64,000 nucleotides of DNA from Lophium mytilinum (lineage: Eukaryota), in assembly GCA_010093605.1 (NCBI GenBank), contig MU004189.1, forward strand, positions 1-64,000, given 5' to 3'. The notes under the pieces were generated by a model, which made no database searches, was not told the origin of the DNA, and saw only the letters and a program-made list of their open reading frames with translations. Of this stretch, positions 1-11,799 are shown in pieces (positions within the stretch are counted from its first letter, which is position 1; each line of letters starts with the position of its first letter). A program made the position numbers and the translations under genes.

Positions 1-95
1 AACCCTAACCCTAACCCTAACCCTAACCCTAACCCTAACCCTAACCCTAACCCTAACCCTAACCCTAACCCTAACCCTAACCCTAACCCTAACCC
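1..95. repeat. Telomeric repeat (CCCTAA)n / (TTAGGG)n, chromosome end
   Basis: About 16 perfect CCCTAA units from base 1, ending abruptly at ...aacccc gtgctagc. Confidence 0.99.
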
Positions 96-114
96 CGTGC
101 TAGCGGGCGACCAA

Positions 115-600
115 TAGTACAGTATAGAAACATCGAGTAAAATTTCGTTACGCGTACTGTATACTTACTAGTAAGCGTATAGTATAGAAGCATCTACTAA
201 AATCTATAAACGCGTACTATATACCTATAAGTAAGCGTATAGTATAGAAGTATCTACTTAAATTTTATTATGCGTACTATATACCTACTAGTAAGTATAT
301 AGTATAGAAGTATCTACTAAAATCCCTAGATGCGTACTATATACCTACTATTAAGCGTATAGTATAGAAATATTTAGTAAAATTTTATTAGGCATACTAT
401 ATATATTTATCTTAGTATATACTATAGAAATATTTATTAAGGCTTTATTAGGTGTACTCTATACTTATATATTAGTATATAGTATAGAAACATTTTTATT
501 AGTCTTATTAGGCGTACTATATATCTATATACTAGTATATAGTATAAAATACTTCTTTAAATTCTATTAAGTATATATCTATTTTAATATATATTATAGA
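115..600. repeat. Subtelomeric 60-bp tandem satellite, ~8 copies, RIP-diverged
   Basis: AGTATAGAA-like start recurs at 121, 181, 241, 301, 361, 421, 481, 541; copies differ mostly by C>T/G>A transitions. Confidence 0.93.
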
Positions 601-3600
601 AATATTTTAAATTATAGTATAGTATTCTTACTAGAAGGCTTTTTATAGAGATTCTTTTAATTATAAATTTATATATTTTTTTTATATATATATATTATAC
701 TAATATTTTTTATAGGGCCTTTATAGAAAGCCTTTCTATAGTAACCCTTATATTACTATAAAAGTAATTATACTTTCTACTTACTATACTTCTAATATAC
801 TTCCCCTACTATAATCTAAATTAAGTAAGTATAAATAAGTTTCTATTATATATCTCTCTATACTTCTAATAAAAATAATAGTTTTTATCCCCCTCTCTTA
901 TCTCTATCTCTCTTTTTCCCTCCTCTAATACTTTTTCTAATACCCTCTTTCTTCTCTCTAATACTTCTTCTAACTTTATTACTATTAACCGCGTATACTT
1001 TTCTTTTACTATCTTTTTTCTAACTATATACCTTACTATTACTACTACTCTATTCTTCCCCCCTACTCTACTTTCTAGAAATAAACTACTTACTATAGAT
1101 AGCCCCGGCGCTAGCGTACTTAGCGCTGCCTACTAATACTCTAGCTATAGTAGCCCTAGCTTACTTACTAGCGCTAGTACCCGCGCCGCTATACTACCTA
1201 GTAGCTATACTATAGCGTTCTTAAAACCCTCTACTATTTTCTACTACTTCTTTATAGATATAGACTTATATATAGCGGGTAGCTATTTCTATATATAGCT
1301 AGAGTACTACCTCCCTTACTATAGCTATATAAGCCGCTTTCTTTAATAGATAGAGTATAGTATAGCTACTAAAAAGAGTATTCTCTAGGCGGTGTAAGGC
1401 TAGTAATAGCTTAGTAGAAAAGTAGGTGCTAGTTTTAAACTTAGTAAAGATTAAAATAGAAATTTTAGAGGCTTAGTAGAATTCTATAAAAATACTAGTA
1501 AAGTTTTTCTAGAGTTTCTTAAAAGTAGTAGTAGTAGAAGTTAAAGTTAAAGTATATTTTTTAGTTTTACTAGGGGTAGAGACTATACCTAAGGCTTTAA
1601 AAGAGAAGAAAAGAGTAAGGCTAAAAGTAGAGATAGCTTCTTTAGCTTCTTTCTTAGAGGTAAAGGGGCTAGTAGTAGTAAGAGAGTAGAGGGAGCTAGT
1701 AGTATAGAGAGTTAAAGTATAGTTTTAAAAGAGTAGAAAGGTATTACTATTAAATAAAAAGATAGATTAAAAAATAGTAAGGGCCTAGTAGTACTAAATA
1801 AAGAGCTAGGTATTTACTAATAAGTATATAGAGATAGAGATAGATTAAAAAGTAAATTAGGCTTAGACTCTAGTAGTAGTAATAGTAGCTTTATACTACT
1901 TTTTAAACTTATTAATACTAAGAAGATTTTATAGCATACTTAGGGTACCTAAAATAGAGCCTCTATATATCTAATCTATTAATAGCGGGGTAGAGTTCTA
2001 ACTACTAAGGGGAGCTATAACCTCTATCTTTCTTTTCTTTTTAAAGCTAGAAAGTAGTATAGTAATTAAGCTTAGTATAAAGAAAGAATAAGAATAATTA
2101 TTACTACCTACGCTAGTATATATATAAGGTTAAAGGCTAGCCTAAGAAGGCTAAGATAGAGTACTAGTTTAATCTATATAAGCTAGGGTAGCTATAGCTA
2201 CTCTACTAGAAGTTATTCTTTAGTACTTAAATAGAAGAGACTCTATATTTATGCATAGCGGGCTAAGTTTATAAGAGGTAAAGTATATTATAGCTTATAG
2301 TTATATAATAGAGCTAGAGCCTATTTTAATTTCTATCTCTTAAATAATCTACTAAACTTTATACTCTTTACTATCTATTAGTAAATTTAAGCTAAAGTAT
2401 AAAAGTCTTATTATAGTATAATAACCTTTATATAAGAAGGCGGCGTATTAGATAATTTCTAGTTAGCCTTTTAATATCTATATTATAGTAGATAACGCTA
2501 GCATAGTAACTATACCTTAAAGTAGCTTTCTTTCTATAATATCTATAATTTTAGGGCTCGCAAGTTAGTAACACAGTAGTAGTAGTAATAGAAGATAAAT
2601 CTTTAGATTTTACTATAGTAGTAAAGGGTAAACTAGTACTATTACTAGGGGTTAGGTCTAGAGGCTCCGCTATAGTAGAAGAAGATAAGACTAATAGTAG
2701 AAGAGTAGAGATAAAGCTATTAAAGAAGAAAATAAGAGTAAGGTAAAGTAAAAGAGTAAAGCCTATTAGATAATTTCTGCATAGGCGGCGTAGAGAGCTA
2801 GAGTATAGTTCTAGAAGAGTAGAAACGCGTTGCTATTAAAGAAGAAAATAGGTTAGGAGATAGCGAGGGCCTAGTAGCGCTAGATAAAGAGTTAGGTATT
2901 TGCTAATAAGCGCGTAGAGATAGGGATAGATTAGAGCGCTACTACTCCTATCTAAGGTTTAAATTTAAAAGTAGATTAGGCCCTACTACTTCTACTCTCT
3001 AGCTATAGCCTTAAACCTTATTTATATAGCTCTTGCCTTCTTCTCTTCTATATTAATCCGCAAGCGCAGAAGCTTCTTATTCTTAGAATTATTCTTAAAA
3101 AACTTATAGTATCTAGGCTACTTATAAGGCCGGGCTTAATCTTAATACTAGGCTTAATCTTTATATTAACTTTATCGGCTAGTTTAGGCTTAATATTAAT
3201 ATTAGACTTAGAAGGTAGGGCGCTATCTCTAGTAGCTTAGAATAGGGGGTTAGCATAGTTATAGAGAGTTTAAGACTTAGTTATAGTAGGCTGCATATTA
3301 AGAGTAGTATTAGTAGGCGTGCCTAGGCTATTACTAAAGAGGGAACCTCTATTTTAATTCTAGATAGTTGCAAGAAGTACTTCTCTCTAGGCACGGATGC
3401 AGGTAGGGTTAGCAGTATCCTCCGCGGTAAGCAGTTTAGTTATATAGGGTTAGTCTATATTAGCTAGCTTAGAAGTTATTTTAGAAATAAATAATAAGAA
3501 CTTCTCTCTAGCGTTTTATACAGCGAGATCCGCGGCATTACTAGGTATATTAGGGTTAAGAAGAGGGTTCTAAGTAATAGTACCTAAGCCTATTAGTGTG

Positions 3601-5299
3601 CCTATTATAGCGGTACTATTCTTAGCGTACTACTCTCCTAAGTTAGTTATATAGGTATTTCTATGGCCTACCGGCTTTAAAACTTTATATACTATTAAAC
3701 TATCTCTCTAAAGTACTTTAAATATAATTAAGAGTCTCTTCTATACTAGTTCTAGCTATTAGTTTACCTATAGCTATAGTATAAAGAGAAATAAGCTAAA
3801 GAAGTAAAGGAAGAGAGGAAGAGTAAATTAGGCGGGCGCTAAAGTAATGCAGGGTATAGTTATATAAACTGTATATTATAGGGACCTACTAGTCCCGCCT
3901 AAGGTAAAATATATATATAGTATAGTAATAAAATAAAACTCTTAGAGCTACTATTTATATATAGTATATAGAGTTAACCTTTAAAGGTTAATTATAAGTA
4001 TAGGTATAATATAAGAGGTTAGCATATAATATACTAAGATTAATAGAAACTAGCGCATTAAACCTTTTTTTAACTACTATCTACCTCTTATAGTATAGCA
4101 GCAGCCCACGCATAATACTATATATAAGTCTTAATTAGTATACTATATACGTCCTTTCTAGAGCGTTCCGGCGGATATTTATAAGATAAGAAGCGGCCTA
4201 ACCTAATATAGAGACGGCTGCAACCCTAAACTAGGCTAAAGTATATAAAATATAGCCCGGCATACTAAGGTTAACGCGTAGTAGCATAGTAACTCTAAAC
4301 GCTAAGAATAATATTTAGTAGGGGTAGATATATCTACATCTGCCTAATATATATATCCTAATAGAGCAGTTAGCTTCTTTTCTTACTACGCCTAATACCC
4401 TGTCTAGGCGCAAGGTTGCAAATACTACCCTAAATTTAGTTGCAAGAAGGAAGCTTATACAGCTAAAGCGCTTATTAAGATAGCTATAAGAATAGAAGTA
4501 AAGAAAAATACTAGAATAAAAGAGCAGTTCTATTTATAATATAGAGACTATTTATAACTATAAGAAAGAGGAAAGTTATATTAAAAGCAATAAATAGTAA
4601 GACTATAACCCCTTAAGAATTACTATCCTTACTAATAATAAGCAGGTCTAAATACATTACTAATAAACTAGAAAGTACAACTATAACACCTAAATTGCCT
4701 TCCGCCGCCTAGTACGTAGAAGACTTAATAATAACACGTGTAAATAACTCTTCTTCTAGTTAGTTTAAATATTATATAATAATATACGCTTTAGGGAACT
4801 ATAGGCAGAATAAAGTTATATATAGCGTGTTAATAGATAGAGTCTATAGAGAGGACTTAGCCTAGCTATATAACTAATATTAGTAAAAAGAGTTAAATTA
4901 TAGGGTATATAATAGTAGATTCTTTACTATAAAAAAGATAGGGAGCATATACTAATAGTATAGATATAATAGAGCGGCATTAGAATATAATTACCCTCCC
5001 TAACTATATAAACTATAGCGGATAAGACCGCCCCCTATAATATAGATAAATAAAATAAATATTATATTACGCATAAAATACGTAAGGCATAGTTATAGTA
5101 GTAAATATTACGCTATATTCTATAGTTAAGTAAGCCGCTATCTAGAGGCTAAATATAAACTAGAAGATTTTAAGAGTATAAAGTATACTACTACTATAGA
5201 GTAGTACTAACTATTAGAGGGTAAAGAATAGAACGCAAGTAAGAAATTAGAATAGTAAAAAGTTAGCAGTACTAAGTAAGTAGGTGCAAACTAATAGCA

Positions 5300-8200
5300 A
5301 GGAAAGTAGTCCTAATTAGAACTGTTAGAAAGAAAAAGAAAAAGATATTAAGAAATACTAAACTAAATTTAAAAAGTAGGGTAAGGGCCTTTATAGAAAG
5401 CCTTTCTATAAAGACCCTACTAGTTATACCTTACTATTAGACTTTTCTAGCGCTATACTAGTCCCCTCTAATTTACTACTATTCTCTTTACTATTAGAGT
5501 TAGTATCTATACCTAATACCGCGGGCGGTTAGCTAATATTAGAATTATTCTTCTACCTATATAGGTCTATTTTTAGTCTAGTAGAGTTTATAGACTTCTA
5601 TATAGTAGCTTTCTTCTTAGTAGCCTTCCTTTTATGCTAAGGGCGCTACTTAGTAATCTCTTTCTCTATTATATACTTATACGGACGATATATAAGGGAT
5701 TTAGATATAGAGTCTTTCTTAGCTACTTTATCCTTCTTTATAGTAGGCTTCTTTTTTATACCTTAGTACTTCTAACTCTTATTAGTATTACTAGAGGATA
5801 TAGTCTTTAAGGTTAGCTACAAGGCCCCTTCTATAAATTCCGGCGGGTTATCTAAGTTACTACTATAGTTACTGTTACGCTTAAAGGCAACTTTAGATAG
5901 CGTAGTATTAAAATCTAGGTAATTATTAAGATACCCCCTATTTTACTTATTAGTCTTAGACGGGACGTTCTCTATATTAATGTTAGGGGTTTTAACATTC
6001 TTCTTATTCTACTTATTACTCTTAGTCTAGTTATTATCTATATTAACGTTAGCTTTTAGTAGTAAATAAAAAACTAGATTATCTATAGAATCCTGCAAGA
6101 AGATAGTAGATATTCCGCGCTGCCTCTTCTTCTATATATTAGGTAATAGGATAGGGTCTATAGAAGGGGTCCTAATAAGGCGTCTATTAAAGGTGCTAAG
6201 AGGGCTAGAAGGTAGAGTTAAAGTAGGTTAACGGGCGGAAGTAGAAGCTACTATAATAGTTAGTACTTAAGTAATATAATAGGCAATACTAAAGGGCCCT
6301 AGTAGAAAGGCTTCCTAAAAAGGCTCTAGGATAAATTCTTACCTATATACTTTGCAAGGAATAAAGTATTATTCTTATACTCTTTACCTTTAGAGTTATT
6401 ACTATTTAGCCTACTAAAAGGGTTATCGCTGTCTATATTACTAAAAATAGCGGGTACTTAATATAAAGAGTTATGCTCCAGCCTATATTAATAGATAAAA
6501 GGGGTATAAGCCTTTCTAGTAGCGCTCTTTATAGGGGTGGGCATATTAGATTTAGTAGAATCTAAGTCTTTAACTATAATAGCAGACTTAAAGTTAGGCT
6601 TGCGCTTCTTAATAGCAGCCGCTAGTGTAGTACTAGCTTTACGCTTCTACTTTAAAGCTTTACTATTTTATTACTCTAGTATCTTTAGCTTTAGCTTTAG
6701 GGTGGCTTTTACTATAAAACACGGATTAGCAAAGTATAAAGAGGCAAGTAGGGCCCTAGTAGAAAGCCTTCCTACTAGAACCTATAAGGGTAAACTTACT
6801 ACTTACAGAATAACGCTTAAGCCTTAAACCTAGCTTATTAATACGCGGTTTCTTAGGCGCTCTACTCGCACCCTTCTCCTACTCTTCTTCTAATTCCAAT
6901 TTAGTAAATTTATACGCTTATTCTTCTTAGAACTTATTACTAAACCCACTAGACTAAAAAGTTATATTACCTTGCGTAAGGGTTATTAGAAATATAAAAA
7001 TATCTTATAGGAAGTTAAAGCGCTTAATATATAATTCTACTAGTATATTTAAAATATCTATTTCGCCTATAATAAGGCGGGGTGCAATACTCTTATTATT
7101 ATAGATTACCTACGCATACTAGCTATCTAGGGTTAGCTTTTCCTTAGAGGTCCCCTCTACCTTAATCTAGTTAGTATTTAACGCAGCAGCAAGACTAGAA
7201 AGCGCTATCTATACCTAGCGCAAGAGAGTAAAGGCATTAAATGTGTTCTAGATAAAGAACGCGGTTACTATAATAGTAAACTTCTAGCTAATCCTATATA
7301 AACGCGCTATTGCCTGCTTCTTAATCTAAATAGAGCCTATAGGGTTAAAAAGATATATATTATAATAAGTAGACTGCAGATTAAGCCTAGCTCTATTAGC
7401 CTAGTAACTAGTAATAAGAATCTTTACTTTAGAGTTAGGGTTGTTAAATAACAAGATAAGGTTATTCCGGTTAGTAGTAGAGAGATTAGAGGCTAGTATA
7501 TAAGTATCTATTTTATAATAGTTAATAATCTTAGTAAGAATTATTTACTTATCTAGGTAGTTAGTTTAGATAATAACCTTCTCTATACGCTTAATAATAT
7601 TATTAGCTAAATAGCATAGTAGTACAGCTACTTTAGGGGCATTATAGATAAAAAGGGTAATAATATAATAAAAGGGTGTAGACTTTACTTTAAAGTCTTT
7701 CTAATTAGGGTTAGTTTAAACGTTCTTATTCCGGGCAATTTGCTTTATTATGCCTCGCAAAACGTCTATTTCCTTTAACCAGTAACCGCTATTATTCTTA
7801 AGAGGGATAATTTTCAGGCCGTCCTTAATCTTATTACCCTCTAAATTTAAAACCTTCTCTCGCGGATATGCTATTATAGCGCGCTTAGAGTAGACTAAAA
7901 ATAGTGTAGTACTTATAAGGTTAAGAGTACGCATAGAGTATATATTAAATGCATAGGTATACTAGCCTATGCAGTTCTTAGTAGAAACTATTAATAACTT
8001 AAGGTAGCTTAGCGATTTATTAGTATAGATAATATAGCCTAGTTTTATAGGCTGTAGCTTAATTACTTACGTAACTAACCGCGGAAGTAATCCTCTAATT
8101 TAGGTAGCAGGATTAGTAGAATTATTTAGGTATATAGAAGGGTATAAGCAAGCAATTATATACTTACTAAAAATTAAGCGCAAATAAAGCCCCTGTATAA

Positions 8201-11100
8201 TCCTAGAGAAATATTAGAAAATTAAAGTAAATAAGAGGAGAGATAAGGGCTCTAGCCGGAAGCCTTTTTACTGGGGCCCTTTATATAATAACTTACAGGT
8301 TAAATAAAGGTAGAATAAAATTTTTAAAAGCCTTATATATATACCGGAAAATTACACCTAAATAGTTATTAGAAAGCTTAAATAGATTATTAGTACCTAG
8401 AATAAACTTAGCTTTACCGGGTTTTAAGCGGTATGTGCGGAATTATAGATACTTATCTCTTAGTTTTATAAAAGATATATAAGTAGGTATATTAGTAATA
8501 CCTATATATAGCAGGGTCCCACTATAGAGTATAGTAAAGTCTAAGTAAAGCTATAACGTAGTTAGGTAGAGATTTACTTAGTTGCTTTTAATAAGCTAGC
8601 ACTTATCTATAAATTAGATGTTAAAACAGCTACTTAAGAGACCGGGCTAGGTGGAGCTTAGATAATATTTAACCTAGTTCTTTAGCTTAGCAAGATTATT
8701 ATCGCTATACTACTTTAATGCAGGCTAGAAACCGTGCTAACTAGCTATTACCTAATAGCTGGCGATTATAATACTCTTAGCATTTATCTTATTTTTAGTA
8801 TTAAATAAGAGATAGTCCCTAGTTAAGATGTTATATAGAAACATAGTGCTATAGAAAGTAACTTAGCCCTTTAATAAATAGATATAGAGCTTAAGTTTAG
8901 AACTAAACTTTATAAGTTTATTTACTATTTAGTATACTAAAACGGGAGGCATAAAAAAAAGGAAGGGCTTTACCAGCCCGGGGTCTTTCTTATCTGCAAC
9001 TTTGCGCTGGCGCTTAGTAATAAGCTATAATTAAATTAGTAGATGCTAAGAGAAACTATTAGGGGGGTAGTAGAAAGGCTTTCTATTAATACTCTTTAAA
9101 GAGAAATTACTTACATATCTAATAAGGGTAGCCATTAAAAATATCTTTCTAATACTAACCTTATCTATAATTAAAGCCCTACTAAGAAAGCCTTTCTATA
9201 TAATATAGTATATATAGTAAGCCCCAGTAATCTACTACTACCTTAAGTAAATATTGCTATTTATTATAATAAGGCGGGGTTCCTAATAGTTATAAATGCG
9301 TAGGGCCTTTATTACTTCTTTAAGGTTATCTAGCTAATAGGCTTTATTAGTTATTAAAAGGCGGAGTGTACTTTATATTATAAGATCTGCCGCGGTTAGT
9401 ATAGTAAAGGGGATAATATCCTTTATATTAATAGCGGTAGCCCTTATATTAGCCTTTATATCTTAGGTATATTTAATACTATCTAGATTAGTATACTTAT
9501 CCTTATTTAGATCTACAGCGCGCATATTTAGGTACTATTTAATAGTATATATAAAATCTTCTACTATCTATCTAATTACCTAATATGCGTTGTATTAAAA
9601 CTTTAATAAGTTCTGGTTAATTATTACTCTAGTGCGCTTAGCATGCGTAATTACTAACTTAAGCTTCTATTTTATAGTGCCGGTAATATACTTAGCGCTA
9701 GTAACATTAATATTGCCTTTCTTCTTATTAACTAGGTTTGCAGTAATTTCCTCTTTAGATAACCTCTAGATAGGGTTATCTACGTTAACCTCTATATTAA
9801 TAGCCGCGAGTTCCTCCTTAGTAAAATAAGAGGGCGACTACTAATAGGGAGGCCTAGAAGGGCCTTAACAGGAAGGCTTTCTATTAATATTTTTACTACT
9901 ATAAGTAATAGTTTTAGCCGGGGTCTTAGGTGCCGGTGCTAGACTAAGCTTTATTTTTTAAAGAATATTCTATATCTTAATTTAGTTCTTAGTATAGGCG
10001 GTCCTGCTAGCTTAAAACAGGCCACTCTTAAATTCTATATTTTTCTTTAATTTAAAAAAGATTCTAAGCGCTTTATTATTAGTAATATTAGCGCGGTTAT
10101 ATAAAAACCTATTAAACTGCTTCCGGTAGTAATTAAAGCATTAACTAATAAATTAAGCTACCTAATCTATAGGTTTATAGTTATCTATCTTAGGCTAAGG
10201 AGTAGTATATCGCTGTAGATTATATAACTCGCCAGTCTTAAAAGCGTTTAGAATAGTAGTAAAACTAGCCCCTTAATTCTAACTATATATAGCGCGCTTT
10301 AGGTCTAAATATCTATCCTTATACTTATTTTAAATTGCTTAGAAATTAGGCTTAGCTAGAATTACTTTAAGTTCTGCTTTTATTTAACTATAAAGCTTAG
10401 CTAACTTTATTCTGCTAGCATACAGCGTGTTTACTAAGGCCTATAACTTCTCTAACTCTTTATCTTTTCTACTACTAGTAACTAGCGCTTAAAGCTTTTC
10501 TTACTCTTTATTAGAGTTTTTAGAGATATTAGAGTTATTACTATAGTTATTACTATCTAGATAAACTACTTTACTATTCGCTAATGTAAGCGTCTCTAGA
10601 TCTATTGCAGTAGCCGGCTAATTGCGCTTTAAATTAATATAGGCCTTAACCCTTAATTTAGTAACTAGTAGAGAGGTAGAATTTAGATCTTCTAGTACTT
10701 TAGAAGAAGTAGATAGTTTCTTATAGCTATTTACTAGGTTAGTTACAGGTAATATGCGCAGGAATGTAACCTTTACTACTACTTTACTAGGGTTCCTATT
10801 ACTTAAGATATTTATAGCTAGCCTATTAATATATTAGCTTATCTTAAATAATAGAAGAAAGAAGGCAGGTAAAGGGCCCTAGTAGAAAGGCTTTCTACTA
10901 AAACCCTTTATACTATGCCGGGTATTTTTAGTATTATTATTTTCTTAATATTTTCTGCCGCCGCATCTTTAAAATTAAGGTAGACTAATCTACTAAGACT
11001 AGTAAAGGGCCCTAGTAGGAAGCCTTCCTGTAATAATTCTTATAATACGCTTACCTTACTCTACTCTTAGAGAAATTGTAATGGAATAAACCTATTAGCA
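5300..11100 (-). pseudogene. RIP-inactivated, intron-containing SNF2/SWI2-family helicase/ATPase gene (core ~7,240-9,180; outer limits uncertain)
   Basis: Minus-strand translation gives RALIIDKVSIRKI (~9,140-9,180; de-RIP GALIxDEVGIGKT, motif I), KPFLFFMPPVLVY* (Ia), FIDKC*LIKS (8,596-8,607 core; DECQLxKS, II), SGTLL (8,512-8,523; SGTPL, III), ARLNLQ (AGLNLQ, V) and KQAIARLYRIS*K (EQAIARLHRIGQK, VI, ~7,280-7,325). Order and spacing fit SNF2. GTAAG...CTAAY...TAG introns at ~9,046-9,114 and ~8,203-8,296. Confidence 0.85.
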
Positions 11101-11148
11101 GAATTAGCTATAATATAACTTAATTTTACCTACTAGATAGTAAACTTA

Positions 11149-11780
11149 NNNNNNNNNNNNNNNNNNNNNNNNNNNNNNNNNNNNNNNNNNNNNNNNNNNN
11201 NNNNNNNNNNNNNNNNNNNNNNNNNNNNNNNNNNNNNNNNNNNNNNNNNNNNNNNNNNNNNNNNNNNNNNNNNNNNNNNNNNNNNNNNNNNNNNNNNNNN
11301 NNNNNNNNNNNNNNNNNNNNNNNNNNNNNNNNNNNNNNNNNNNNNNNNNNNNNNNNNNNNNNNNNNNNNNNNNNNNNNNNNNNNNNNNNNNNNNNNNNNN
11401 NNNNNNNNNNNNNNNNNNNNNNNNNNNNNNNNNNNNNNNNNNNNNNNNNNNNNNNNNNNNNNNNNNNNNNNNNNNNNNNNNNNNNNNNNNNNNNNNNNNN
11501 NNNNNNNNNNNNNNNNNNNNNNNNNNNNNNNNNNNNNNNNNNNNNNNNNNNNNNNNNNNNNNNNNNNNNNNNNNNNNNNNNNNNNNNNNNNNNNNNNNNN
11601 NNNNNNNNNNNNNNNNNNNNNNNNNNNNNNNNNNNNNNNNNNNNNNNNNNNNNNNNNNNNNNNNNNNNNNNNNNNNNNNNNNNNNNNNNNNNNNNNNNNN
11701 NNNNNNNNNNNNNNNNNNNNNNNNNNNNNNNNNNNNNNNNNNNNNNNNNNNNNNNNNNNNNNNNNNNNNNNNNNNNNNNN
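11149..11780. other. Assembly gap (N run)
   Basis: Run of n. Confidence 1.
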
Positions 11781-11799
11781 CTCTTTATATCTTATACTA

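Noticed and set aside
121..600. Regularly spaced palindromic repeats resembling a CRISPR array
   Set aside because: The whole 60-bp unit repeats with no unique spacers, there are no cas genes, and the context is a eukaryotic telomere
619..632. 14-nt inverted match to ~22,955 (agtaagaatactat) as possible giant-element TIRs
   Set aside because: Too short to be significant in very AT-rich RIP DNA
6537..6827. 96-aa plus-strand ORF in the track
   Set aside because: Chance frame antisense to the RIP-mutated helicase locus; GTG start, low-complexity composition
5300..11100. RecQ-type telomere-linked helicase (TLH) assignment
   Set aside because: Motifs are SNF2-type (DExGxGKT, GTPL, GLNLQ, QAIARxHRIGQ); no RecQ QExGRAGR seen
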